Below, in pieces: positions 1 to 10,200 of a DNA stretch of 64,000 nucleotides. The notes under the pieces are model-generated. The model was not told where the DNA came from. It was given only the letters and a program-made list of their open reading frames with translations, and did no database searches. Every line of letters starts with the position of its first letter. The stretch's first letter is position 1. Location: the NCBI GenBank assembly GCA_022703485.1, contig JAKLDO010000004.1:1636-65635 (forward strand). Direction: 5' to 3'. The translations under genes were made by a program, and so were the position numbers. The stretch comes from a bacterium. GTDB taxonomy: Bacteria > UBP6 > UBA1177.

Positions 1-853
1 ACTTGAGACACTGCTTCTGCCTGAACGGGGCGAGGAAAATAACAATCTGCTCCTGACAAAAGCATACAAGGAAAAGCTGATAGAAAGTTTTAAAAGCATA
101 ATGATCCAGAACCGTGAAACACATGTTAAAAGCCTTGAAATGGGAGCAGCTGAGTATGCTTCTGCAGAACCTAAACCATTTGACATATATCCGAAACTTC
201 CGGCAGAACCGTTTTCAACATTTTATCTAAGAAATGCAAGAGCTTACAGATTTCTACAGACCGCTCTTACTGCAATAACCGGAAATGATTTCATGGAATC
301 TGTGAAAGTGAATTCAGAAGGAAATGAAACAAAGACCAGTTTAAAAGACGGACTTGAAAAAATGCAGCGGCTTCTTTACGGACTGTCGTTTATCACCGCT
401 GATTCAGTGGGCGCCGAAATGACACTAATGAAAGATGAACTGAGTAAAGAAGATGTTGAAGATTGCCGGGCAGAAGCGCAGTGCTGGCTTGCAGCATGGA
501 GAGAAGACAGCGATATAAAGCTTGATCCGAGAGTTGCAGTGCCGATGCAATATGATTATGACAGAAACACTCTCACTTACTGGGGAGTCATCGGAGTCAG
601 AATAATTCGTGCAACCACAGAATTTCACAAAGATTTTCTTCCTGAGATCGTCGGGGTCGGCGGACATGACGACGATAGTTGGAACTGCCAGTTCAGGGAA
701 TTCCTCCCGCATGATTATTATCTGCTGATAGAAAAAAGTGCCGAATTTACTGTGGATCTGAACAAACCTATACTTGACAGAGAGGCATTCAGAGCAATTT
801 GCGATAAAGGAACAACTGAAAAAGACATTCTTGCGGAGCTTGAAAAATATTGA
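1..853 (+). CDS. hypothetical protein (5' end lies outside the window)
   Basis: The frame is open from the left edge: there is no stop between nt 2 and TGA 851-853. The first in-window ATG is at 101. No motif recognised. The stop overlaps the TTG start of the next gene. Confidence 0.55.
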   Translation, partial: LETLLLPERGEENNNLLLTKAYKEKLIESFKSIMIQNRETHVKSLEMGAAEYASAEPKPFDIYPKLPAEPFSTFYLRNARAYRFLQTALTAITGNDFMESVKVNSEGNETKTSLKDGLEKMQRLLYGLSFITADSVGAEMTLMKDELSKEDVEDCRAEAQCWLAAWREDSDIKLDPRVAVPMQYDYDRNTLTYWGVIGVRIIRATTEFHKDFLPEIVGVGGHDDDSWNCQFREFLPHDYYLLIEKSAEFTVDLNKPILDREAFRAICDKGTTEKDILAELEKY

Positions 854-1521
854 AAAAGATAATCGTCATCTGTCTGGCATTTCTTTTTGTATCAAGCTGC
901 GGATATGGAATGATGCAGACGGCAAAAACAGTTGAAAAGGGAAAAAGCAGTTATTCGTTCGGCACAGTTTATCAGGGAAATAAGGAAAGACCTTTCTATT
1001 TTTATTCGATAAGCGGCCAGTTCAATTTCAGGCATGGAGTCCATGACAGAGTCGATATCGGGATCAAGCAGTTCTTTATCGGCGGACTTCTTGCAGATGC
1101 CAAAGTCAATGTGCTCGATCCGAAATCGCCTTTTGCACTTTCATTCAGTTCCGGAATAGGGTTTGCAGTTGACCCGATAAATGTTGATATCATTCTTCAA
1201 GCACCTGTTTTTGTTCATTTCAGCTACACCGTTAAAACCGTTTTCACACCTTATACAACAGTCGGATATGAGACAAACTGGATATTCCGCAAAGATAAAC
1301 CCGAAAACATCGAGCTTGAAGAAGGCTTTGAATTATCTGAAAGAAAAGGATACGGCGACGGAAATCTTGTCGTCAACGGCGGGTTTGAATTCCACCTGGG
1401 CAGAAAAGTTTATCTTCTCATGGAATATATCTACCGGCATCCAGTCGTGAACGATTCAGGAGATTTCTACACATTCCTTCCCAACCATTTCGGCGGACTC
1501 GCCATCAGATTTGAAAAATAG
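850..1521 (+). CDS. putative lipoprotein / small beta-barrel-like envelope protein
   Basis: The N-terminus MKKIIVICLAFLFVSSCG is a signal peptide plus lipobox. Gly/aromatic-rich alternating segments follow. TTG start, with GGAG 10 nt upstream. Confidence 0.6.
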   Translation: MKKIIVICLAFLFVSSCGYGMMQTAKTVEKGKSSYSFGTVYQGNKERPFYFYSISGQFNFRHGVHDRVDIGIKQFFIGGLLADAKVNVLDPKSPFALSFSSGIGFAVDPINVDIILQAPVFVHFSYTVKTVFTPYTTVGYETNWIFRKDKPENIELEEGFELSERKGYGDGNLVVNGGFEFHLGRKVYLLMEYIYRHPVVNDSGDFYTFLPNHFGGLAIRFEK

Positions 1522-1523
1522 AT

Positions 1524-3911
1524 TTACGCGTCGCCGCTGATCTTGTATCCGGCTTTTCTGAAGTCGTTGAAGAGTTTCTGCTGGGTGTTCTTCATTTCAT
1601 CGCCGGTAAGGGTTCTTTCCTTTGCATTCAGGATGATCCTGAAAGAGATGCTCTGGAAACCTTCGGGGATAGGTGATCCTGCGAAATGGGATACAAGTTT
1701 AGACTCGGTGAATTGTTTCGGATCAACTGATTTCTTAATTATTTTGAATAGCTCCTCTACTTCAAGTTTCTGAGGAACAATGACAGTCACATCAAATCCG
1801 GTCGACGGGAACTTGAGAAGCGGAGCGAATTTCACACTTCTTTCCGGCAGAGTGAACAGCGCCTCGCGGTCAAGCTCGATGTAATAGACCGGGACGGAAA
1901 TATCATATTTTTTAAGAAGTGCGGGGTGAACTTCGCCCATTATGCCAAGCTCTGTCTTTGCAAAAGCGACGACAGCAGACCTTCCCGGATGAAGTATCAC
2001 ATCGCCGAGCATGGAACCGCCTTTTATCCTGTCAAACCTGAGCTGAGGCGTCCTGAGCTCCTTTGATACCGTAAGAACAATGCTCTTCAGAAGATCAAAT
2101 GCCGCATTTTCTCCTGTCGCAATGAAACCTATTCTCTTCTTTTCACCGTCGGCCGTGAATATCCTGCTGAACTCGAACAGCCTGAAATCTTTGAAGTTCT
2201 TAAGATTCTCAAACACATTTTTTATCATTGCAGGAGCGAGCGAATATCTGAGATAAGGAGTTTCCTTTTCAGCAACGGTCTCGATAAGCTTCTCTTTGTT
2301 GAAAGGCACTTTTTCAAGTTCATCAGGACCGCAGAAAGAGTAGTTTATCACTTCGCTTGCACCGAAACAGTTCACGAAAATGTTCCTGACCGCGTTCCCT
2401 TTCTCAAGATCGGCATTGACCGGAGCTCTATCCATGTTGAAAAGAGGACTTACAGGCTCAATGTTGTTAAAACCGTAAAGTCTGCCTATCTCCTCGATTA
2501 TATCCTCGGCCCTTGAAACATCCTTGCTCCTCCTGTGCACCGGAAGCTCTATCACAAGAGTTCCCGATTTCACTTCGAGATCGAAATCAAGGAACCTGAG
2601 TATCGAGACGATCTCTGCATCAGGAAGTTTTTCCTCAGTGATCCCCAGGAATGAACGGATCTTCGCAGTTGTAAGTGTTATGTGCCCCTTGAAACCGTAG
2701 TTTGCGCTGTTATCTGCAACGGCCAGCTCCGAAAGAACCGTCGCGCCCGGAATTATCTCTTTTGCAAGGTCCACGAACCTCTGCATCGCAAGATAGCAGT
2801 TCTCCACCCAGAGCGCCTTTTCAAACCTGCTTGAAGAATCTGTGCGGAGATCGAGCCTGTTCGAAGTCTTTCTTATGCTCGAAGGATGAAAAAGGGCCGA
2901 TTCAATGAAAATTTCAGCCGTATCATCCTTCACTTCGCTGTTAAGGCCTCCCATTACTCCGGCGATCGCAAGCCCTCCGGCCGTATCTGCGATAACGGCA
3001 TCTTCAGCTTTCAGAGTCCTTTCCACGCCGTCAAGAGTAACGAATCTTTCACCTTCGGCCGCATCCCTGATCACTATTTTATTACCTGCAATGTCGCGCC
3101 TGTCAAAAGTGTGCATCGGATGGCCTGTCTCGTACATGACGAAATTTGCGATGTCAACGATATTGTTTATCGGCCGCAGCCCTATGTTCTCAAGCCTTTT
3201 CTTCATCCAGTCAGGCGAAGGAGCCACTTTCAGCCCGCCCATCTTAAGACCCAGATAGTGAAGACATCTTGCCGTACTTATTTCAATTTCGAACTTTTCT
3301 TCAATACGGTCGCTCTTAATACCTTTATATTTAAGTTCCTTTTTCCACGGTCTTTTGAAAATGGCCTTCAGTTCTCTTGCAATACCGAAATGACCCCAGA
3401 GGTCCGGCCTGTGATTTATGGTCTTGTTCTCGATCTCTATTATATAGTCCTTTTCACCGAAAATGGCTGAAACCGGCGTCCCTGCCGCAAGCGAACCGTC
3501 AAGCACCATTATGCCCTCGTGGTTCGTTCCGAGTCCGAGCTCATCTTCAGCACAGATCATCCCGCAGCTTTCAACGCCTCTGATCTTTGCAGGTTTTATC
3601 TCGAAATTTCCGGGCAGCACAGTTCCCAGAGGTGCAAAAGCGACAGTCTGTCCTTCAGCAATATTCGGCGCGCCGCACACAACAGTCTGTCTGCCCGAAC
3701 CGTCAAAAACGGTCGCCAGATGCAGTCTGTCGGAATCGGGATGCGCTGTAACTTTTTCGACTTTTGCAACAATGACCTTGTCAAAGTGAGCACCCACCCA
3801 GTGAGCCGCTTCAACTTCAGCGGATCTCATTGTAAGCTGTCTTGAGACCTCTTCGGCCGCAATATCACCAAGTTCAATATAATCTTTAAGCCAGTTGAGA
3901 GATAATTTCAT
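1524..3911 (-). CDS. pheT: phenylalanine--tRNA ligase beta subunit
   Basis: 795 aa. It has the canonical N-terminus MKLSLNWLKDYI, tRNA-binding/B3-4/B5 style regions, and sits directly downstream of pheS. Confidence 0.96.
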   Translation of the reverse strand: MKLSLNWLKDYIELGDIAAEEVSRQLTMRSAEVEAAHWVGAHFDKVIVAKVEKVTAHPDSDRLHLATVFDGSGRQTVVCGAPNIAEGQTVAFAPLGTVLPGNFEIKPAKIRGVESCGMICAEDELGLGTNHEGIMVLDGSLAAGTPVSAIFGEKDYIIEIENKTINHRPDLWGHFGIARELKAIFKRPWKKELKYKGIKSDRIEEKFEIEISTARCLHYLGLKMGGLKVAPSPDWMKKRLENIGLRPINNIVDIANFVMYETGHPMHTFDRRDIAGNKIVIRDAAEGERFVTLDGVERTLKAEDAVIADTAGGLAIAGVMGGLNSEVKDDTAEIFIESALFHPSSIRKTSNRLDLRTDSSSRFEKALWVENCYLAMQRFVDLAKEIIPGATVLSELAVADNSANYGFKGHITLTTAKIRSFLGITEEKLPDAEIVSILRFLDFDLEVKSGTLVIELPVHRRSKDVSRAEDIIEEIGRLYGFNNIEPVSPLFNMDRAPVNADLEKGNAVRNIFVNCFGASEVINYSFCGPDELEKVPFNKEKLIETVAEKETPYLRYSLAPAMIKNVFENLKNFKDFRLFEFSRIFTADGEKKRIGFIATGENAAFDLLKSIVLTVSKELRTPQLRFDRIKGGSMLGDVILHPGRSAVVAFAKTELGIMGEVHPALLKKYDISVPVYYIELDREALFTLPERSVKFAPLLKFPSTGFDVTVIVPQKLEVEELFKIIKKSVDPKQFTESKLVSHFAGSPIPEGFQSISFRIILNAKERTLTGDEMKNTQQKLFNDFRKAGYKISGDA

Positions 3912-3925
3912 TTAAGTCTCCAAAA

Positions 3926-4942
3926 CTAAAACTGTTTCATAAAACGGAGATCGCCGCCGTGAAAATGACGGATGTCATCTATGCTGTACTTCATCATGAC
4001 AAGGCGCTCTATTCCGCCTCCGAATGCAAAACCCTGATATTCCTCAGGATCTATCCCGCCATTTTTGAGAACATTAGGATGGATCATACCGCATCCCAGA
4101 TATTCGACCCAGCCTGTCTGTTTGCATACAGAACAACCTTTTCCCCCGCATATCTGACATTTGAAATCAAGTTCAAAGCCGGGTTCGACAAAAGGAAAGA
4201 AAGAAGGTCTCAGCCTTATCTCTACAGGGTGTCCGAAAATATTCGAAACGATCTTTTTCAAAGTATAAATGAGATTGGCGACCGATATCCCTTTATCCAC
4301 CACCATCCCTTCGATCTGATGGAAAGTGTGTTCATGGCTTGCGTCAACCGCCTCATTTCTATAGACTTTTCCGGGAGACACAAACTTAAAAGGAGGCTTT
4401 CTGCTCTGCATTCCCCTTATCTGGACTGGTGAAGTCTGAGTACGCAGAAGCATTCCGTTCCTGAGCCAGAAAGTGTCCTGTGCATCTCTTGCCGGATGAT
4501 CAGCCGGAATGTTCAGGGCATTGAAATTGTAATATTCGGACTCCATTTCAGGCCCGTCAATTATTTCAAAACCCATAGAGATGAAAAGCTCTTCAAGCTC
4601 AGCTCTCACCATTGAGATCGGGTGTACAGACCCTTGTACCGGCTCACTGGGCCAGGTGATATCGCTCCACTGGCAATCGATCTTCCTCTGTATCTCTACT
4701 GCATCAAAATCTACAAACTTTTTATCTATGGAAGATTCCATCTCGCTTTTTATCTGATTTATCGTCTGCCCGGCCTCTTTTTTCATTTCAGGTGAAAGGT
4801 CCTTCAGATCCTTCATAAGAGCTGTGAGACTTCCTTTCTTTCCTAAAAACGCCACCCTCATAGCTTCGAGGGCTTCTTTGTCGGGCACCGAAGCCATCTG
4901 TTCCAAAAAGTCCTTTCTCAATTTTTCAAGCTGATCTTTCAT
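3926..4942 (-). CDS. pheS: phenylalanine--tRNA ligase alpha subunit
   Basis: Class II aaRS motifs are present (RPSFFPFVEPGFE, GFAFGGGIERL). The ORF-track start at 5119 adds 59 non-homologous residues. ATG 4942 (MKDQLEKLRKDF) gives the usual ~339 aa. Confidence 0.95.
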   Translation of the reverse strand: MKDQLEKLRKDFLEQMASVPDKEALEAMRVAFLGKKGSLTALMKDLKDLSPEMKKEAGQTINQIKSEMESSIDKKFVDFDAVEIQRKIDCQWSDITWPSEPVQGSVHPISMVRAELEELFISMGFEIIDGPEMESEYYNFNALNIPADHPARDAQDTFWLRNGMLLRTQTSPVQIRGMQSRKPPFKFVSPGKVYRNEAVDASHEHTFHQIEGMVVDKGISVANLIYTLKKIVSNIFGHPVEIRLRPSFFPFVEPGFELDFKCQICGGKGCSVCKQTGWVEYLGCGMIHPNVLKNGGIDPEEYQGFAFGGGIERLVMMKYSIDDIRHFHGGDLRFMKQF

Positions 4943-5100
4943 GAACCGACCTCTGAATCTGTGAATGTAAAATACCGGTAATCCGCAACAATAGGAAAAT
5001 ACTAATAAACCTGTTTTTTTCAAGAAAAAAGAGGTCTTAATAAAGTTTGAACTATCCTGAAAATATGATAATATCAGACAATTTTCTGATGGAGAAAAAA

Positions 5101-5739
5101 ATGAAACTAAGAATAGCATTCATCGGAGCCACCGAATCGGAGCTCAAATTCATAAAATTCTTCTCACTTCTTCCCGATTTTGAGATCGCACTGGTTTCAG
5201 AGGAGAGAAAAAACGCCGCAGGGATAAGATTTGCCGAAGAAAAACAGTACAGGACATCATCTTCATACATTGAAGTGCTGAAAATTCAGGATATTGATAT
5301 TATTGCCGTTCTCACACCCAATCAGGAAATATTCTCCCAGATATATAACACTTCAAAACCCGGGCAGACCGTTCTTGACAGGAAACATCTCATATTTTTT
5401 CATGAAGCCCTATCCTCTCTGATATCAAGCAAATATCTTTCAATTGAAGAAAACTTCAACCAGAACACAAAAGAGATCAAACGGGCCATTAGTGATTTCA
5501 GCCTGATCACCAAGAACATAGACATCCTTGCAATAAATGCATCCATAGAAGCTGCAAGGGCCGGAGAATCAGGAAAGGGTTTTGCAGTTGTCGCATCGAA
5601 CATAAAAAACCTTGTCAAAAGCAGCCGGGACATGCTTGTTCATGTAAAATCGGTTCTTGACAGATTTACAACTCTCAACGCACAGATGCAGGAAGTACGG
5701 GAATCCCTTCTTGAAAAAAAGAACGATCTTGATATCTGA
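5101..5739 (+). CDS. Rossmann-like (Gfo/Idh/MocA-type N-terminal) domain fused to a chemoreceptor (MCP) signalling-tip segment
   Basis: RBS GGAGAAAAAA precedes ATG 5101. The N-terminus is MKLRIAFIGATE...IDIIAVLTPNQ. The C-terminus ILAINASIEAARAGESGKGFAVVASNIKNLVKSS matches the invariant MCP hairpin-tip motif. Confidence 0.7.
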   Translation: MKLRIAFIGATESELKFIKFFSLLPDFEIALVSEERKNAAGIRFAEEKQYRTSSSYIEVLKIQDIDIIAVLTPNQEIFSQIYNTSKPGQTVLDRKHLIFFHEALSSLISSKYLSIEENFNQNTKEIKRAISDFSLITKNIDILAINASIEAARAGESGKGFAVVASNIKNLVKSSRDMLVHVKSVLDRFTTLNAQMQEVRESLLEKKNDLDI

Positions 5740-5740
5740 T

Positions 5741-6391
5741 CTATTTTTCTTCCTCAAACAACGATTTTCTGTATAACTGATCCGGAAAAACTATTCCCAA
5801 TGTTATTGAAGCCTTTCTTTCACCCACATTTTCGCTCATATCGTCAAAGAATTCGCGTGCATAGCCTTTTACAGTCTCGTTAAGTTCATCGACCGGTGCA
5901 TCGCTGTCATACCACCTGAGCTGTTCATCCCTTATTTTATCAAGCATTATATTGTAGTCATATTTTATAAGTTCAATGTCCTCTGCAGGTATCCCTTTCT
6001 CGACAAGTGCATTCTGAAGAAAACTTGTCCAGGACCTCTTCACCTCTTCAGCGTAATCCATCCAGAACTCATGTTTCTCCTTTTTATAGTCTTCAAGGGC
6101 TTTTGCGCCTCCGTTCTTTTTAAGAGTATCTATCTCCTCCCTCATCTTGTTGAGCTTTTTCTGAAGAACGACTGCTCCGGAAGCAAGGCCTTCGCCGTTT
6201 ACTTCTGAGCCCGATCTTTTAATTTCTTTTATTTCCAGCTTCAGATCTTCAATTTCCTTTGCAAGGTTCACCAGTTTCTTTTCAGAATTGTTCATTGAAC
6301 TTACGGCATACCATGAAATTGCTGCAAAGATAAGTGAAATCACGATCAGAAAAGTTATTATTATTCCGCTTTTTCCAGACATTTCATTCAT
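5741..6391 (-). CDS. membrane-anchored coiled-coil protein, hypothetical
   Basis: Start re-placed at ATG 6391 (AGGAGAGG RBS 9 nt upstream). One TM helix (GIIITFLIVISLIFAAISWYAV) is followed by a heptad-like K/E-rich region. The start overlaps the upstream stop by 8 nt. Confidence 0.6.
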   Translation of the reverse strand: MNEMSGKSGIIITFLIVISLIFAAISWYAVSSMNNSEKKLVNLAKEIEDLKLEIKEIKRSGSEVNGEGLASGAVVLQKKLNKMREEIDTLKKNGGAKALEDYKKEKHEFWMDYAEEVKRSWTSFLQNALVEKGIPAEDIELIKYDYNIMLDKIRDEQLRWYDSDAPVDELNETVKGYAREFFDDMSENVGERKASITLGIVFPDQLYRKSLFEEEK

Positions 6392-7214
6392 ATCTGCAAA
6401 CCTCTCCTGAGTTAAACTTTTCCATCCACCAGTCAAGCTGAACCGTTGAAAATCCGTTTTTAAGCAGATCCTCTCTGTCTTTTTTATTATATATTGAATT
6501 GTGTATATCACCCAGCAGAAACCGTTTTGAAATTCCGGCTTTCTTATCTTTCAAGGCCGCCGAGAAAAACTTTTCTCTGTCCGCTTCGTTAAAATATGGA
6601 AAGCAGAAACCCTTATAAAGTTCCATAAAATGTTTCCCGGAAATGCCGCTTTCTACATTTTTCACCTTTAGAGAATAAATGCCGTTTTTTGTAAAACCTT
6701 TTTCTGCCGATCTGGCGATATCTTTATTTGAAAGCATTATAACAGGTGCATTTTCAATCTTTTTTATTATCTTAACTACCAGGAAAAACACCCCTTTTTC
6801 AAATCTTCCTGAAAGTTTTGAATATCCCGTCTCTGAAACAGCTTTAAGCTTGCCTTCACTTTTACCGTTTACAAGAACCTCTCCTTCCATAACGCCGTAA
6901 ATGACAGCTTCAAAACCTGATGACTTCTGAATATCGAGATACAGATACCCGTATTCCTCGTTCTTTGAAAAACTCCGAAGAACCTTCAATCCGGCATTTT
7001 TGTCCATCTGCCTTTTTCCAGGTCTTGGAAGATTGTACAGTTCTATGAAAATATCCTTAAAATTATCATTTTTATCCAGATCATACCATTTGACGTATTC
7101 GTTCATATCACCGTAAAATACAGAAAAATATTTTTCCATACCGTCGGAAGCGGAAATTGAAGAGCATATAAAAAAGAAGGGGAGCAGAGCCCCCCTTATA
7201 AAAAACGATCTCAT
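6384..7214 (-). CDS. secreted hypothetical protein
   Basis: Signal peptide MRSFFIRGALLPFFFICSSISAS. It lies 6 nt downstream of the giant coiled-coil gene. No recognisable motif. Confidence 0.6.
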   Translation of the reverse strand: MRSFFIRGALLPFFFICSSISASDGMEKYFSVFYGDMNEYVKWYDLDKNDNFKDIFIELYNLPRPGKRQMDKNAGLKVLRSFSKNEEYGYLYLDIQKSSGFEAVIYGVMEGEVLVNGKSEGKLKAVSETGYSKLSGRFEKGVFFLVVKIIKKIENAPVIMLSNKDIARSAEKGFTKNGIYSLKVKNVESGISGKHFMELYKGFCFPYFNEADREKFFSAALKDKKAGISKRFLLGDIHNSIYNKKDREDLLKNGFSTVQLDWWMEKFNSGEVCRYE

Positions 7215-7220
7215 GATACC

Positions 7221-10200
7221 TTATTTAAGTTCTTCAAGAAGCAGTCTGGACTTAAGGTATATCTCATCTGTAGGAAGAAGGCTCTTCATAAGCATTTCAA
7301 GTATCTTGACCGATTTAGCCTTATTGGATTCTTTGGAACCGAAAGCTTCCCAGTACATAGCCTGAGCTTTTGTTCCTATTGACTTAAGACCTTCTTTTGC
7401 CGCTTTGCTTCCGGAATCAAGGAAAAGCGCATCAACGAAATCCTGTCTTGCAAGTGATATGTCACCTTTATCAAGTTTTTCAAGACCGCTCTTTGTATAA
7501 GCTTCAGCCATCATGGATTCAAGTTTCTTAGTGGTTCCTGTAACCTGAACTTCTCTTGCTGAAACCTCTTCATATTCTTTCTTGAAACGCTCCTGGACCA
7601 TCTTGAGCTCAGCTTCATTTATCTTTGCAAGAGTTTCATCATACTTCTTTGCGACCTGTTCTTTCTTGCCTTTTGCTGTATCTTTATCTTTGTCGGCAAG
7701 AGCACCTTTCTGGGATTCAGCTTTTTCTATTTCAGCTCTGATCTTCTCTATCTGAGCATCAAAACCCTGTTTTTTCTTTTCCCAGAGACCTTTTTCCTTT
7801 TCAAGGACAACCTGTCTCTTTTCTTTTCTTTTTTCTTTTTCAGCAAGAAGCTTATCTCTCTTAGCCATCATTTCTTTCTTCTGATTGTCTCTTTCAGCTT
7901 TTTCTTTAAGCTCCATATTATCATACTTGTCCTGAATGGCTTTCTTTGTATCTTCGTACCACTGCAGTTTCGCTTCAGCAGTTTTCTGCCATGCAGCTTC
8001 TTTTTTCTTGGATTCGGAATGCTGTTTTCCTTTCAGCTCTTCAAGTTTTCTCGACCACACATTGTTAACGCTCTCTATTTCACCTGTGATAGCATCGATC
8101 TGCTTATTGTTGGAATCAAGTCTTCCTCTTGAACCGGCAGTCTTTCTGTCAAAAGCACCCTGTCTCATCTCTTTCTCTTTTGCCCATGAAGCCTGCTGTT
8201 TTGCCCTTTCAGCTTTCCTTGCCTCTATCTTTCTGTCCCTTTCTTTCTGAGCTGCAGCGATCTGCTGATCGATCCCTTCCTTGAATTTTTTCTTATCCGC
8301 AAGGAATGTCTTGAATGTCTTTTCATACTCAGCCTTTTCGCCCTTCTTTTTCGCTGTAAAAGCCTTGTTCTCGTTCTGAAGTCTCTGATTTTCAGCTCCG
8401 AGTTTCATATCAAGTTCGCCAAGAAGTTTTTCATACTTCTGATCGATAGCGGTGATCTCTTTCTGTACGAAATCATCGTGTGATTTTTCATGAGCTGCGA
8501 GATCTTTTGAAACTTTTGCAAGATCAGCTTTAAGTTTTGAAAGTTCTTTGTTCCTTTCACCGGCGAGTTTTGCGATCTCAGCGGCAAGAGTTTTCTTAAA
8601 TCCGCCTTCAGCAAGGGCTTTCTGTTTTTCGAGAGTTCCGCTTTCCTTTTTTATGTCGCCTATTTTAGTTGCCTTTTCTTTCTGAAGAGCTGCAATATCA
8701 GCCTTCATCTTGTTCCTGACATCGGTGAACTTCTTTGCAATAGCCGCATGTTCAGCTTTTATCTGGGCATCAACACCTTTTGTGTTCGTAGAAGCCTGAT
8801 TCTTCTTTGCTGTCAGGTCAGCGATCACTGTTTTGTTCGCCTGAGTAAGGGCCTGAAGTTTTCCTGCTTTTTCCTTCTGAAGGTCATCTTTCTGCTTATT
8901 AAGGTCAGCCATTTCTTTTTCGAAAGGCGCCTTAACTTCTTTCAACTTTGCAGGATCGACAACATTTATTCTCTTTTCCCATGTTTTCATGGATGTGGAA
9001 ACTGCAGCAAGCTGTTTCTGATACTCGCCCATCTTAGCCCTTATTGATGACTTTTCTTTTTCAGCAAGATCTTTGTATTTTGCATTTATGCTGGCTTTTT
9101 CAGCATTGATGCTCTTAAGTTCGGCAGCTTTCTGGGCTGCAACAGCGGCCTTTCTTGATTTTACACTTGCAGCAATTGATTTTTCCTTTGCTGAAGCATC
9201 TGCGGCTATTTTCTTGGTTCCGCCGGTCTTCGCTGCCATTTTGGCCTTCTGAGCTGAAACAGCGGAAGCAACCTTTTTCTGGTGTGCACCGATAGCTGTT
9301 TCCTTATCTTTCTTGATAACAGCTATTTCCTTATTTATATTTATCAGCTCAAGGTTCTTTTCTTTCTCAAGTTTAGCCAGCTCCTGTTTGTTCTTTGCTA
9401 TCTCTCTTTCATATTTTGACTTCTCGAACTCGATTTTTCTTGAGTAACTGCTTTCTGCGAACTCGATCTTTCTTTCAGTCGATTTTTCATCAACTTCCAT
9501 TTTCCTAAGTACAGCGGAAAACTCTCTTTCAAGTTTTGCAAGCTCTGCCTTGTTATTCTTGTTAGCATCTTTCTTGTCTTCGAAGTCCTGTTTTGCACTT
9601 CCCTTCGCCTGTCTTATGGCATCAAGGATCTCCTGCTGTTTGTTAACTTCTTCTACTTTCTGATTATCAAGTTCAGCTATTGCCTGATTCATTTTATCCA
9701 CAATGGAATCAACACTGAAAGGAGCCATTTTCTGTTCGTAATTCTTATCAATAGCAGCAACTTTTTCATTAAGTTTTTCAAGCCTTTCATCAAATGATGA
9801 AGCTATTTTGCCTTCCTCTGCAGCAAATTCGCCCATCTGCTTTCCGAAAGCCTCTTCCTCTTTTGCATCATCAGATGCTGCTGATTCAAGATCTTTTGCC
9901 GCTTGCGCCCTGACAGCTTCGATCTCTTTCTGGATATCTTCTTCAACTTTTACCATTTTCTGAGCATAAACATCTTCTATACTGCCGAGTTTTGCATCTA
10001 TCTTATTGAGCTCATCCATTTTTTTCTGTTCGAACTTTCCATCGATCTCAGCTATCTTTCCTTTTTCTTCTTCGATCTGGGTTCTGAGCTTGTTTTCCTC
10101 AGCTGTGAGTTTGTCTATCTCTTTTCCAACAAAATCTCCCCAGTTAGCCTTGAAGCTTTCTGTAACTTCAACAAGCTTATTCTGGACATTCATTGTTTTT

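Noticed and set aside
2886-3470. 194-aa and 117-aa ORFs lie antisense to pheT. Similar ones are 18399-18938 (antisense valS), 30778-31479 (antisense aroA) and 60513-61202 (antisense secY/rplO).
   Set aside because: All are nested opposite strongly conserved housekeeping genes. None has an RBS or a recognisable motif.
4943-5119. The ORF track gives a 59-aa N-terminal extension of pheS. Similar over-extended starts occur at 12434, 20044, 25436, 27504, 28571, 34858, 37834, 44154, 44502, 47790, 49195, 52726, 60802, 61752 and 63868.
   Set aside because: In each case an internal ATG, GTG or TTG sits 4-9 nt after a GGAGG-like RBS and restores the canonical family N-terminus or a clean signal peptide. 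Several of the upstream pseudo-starts are part of the RBS itself (ATGGAGGA, TTGGAGGA).
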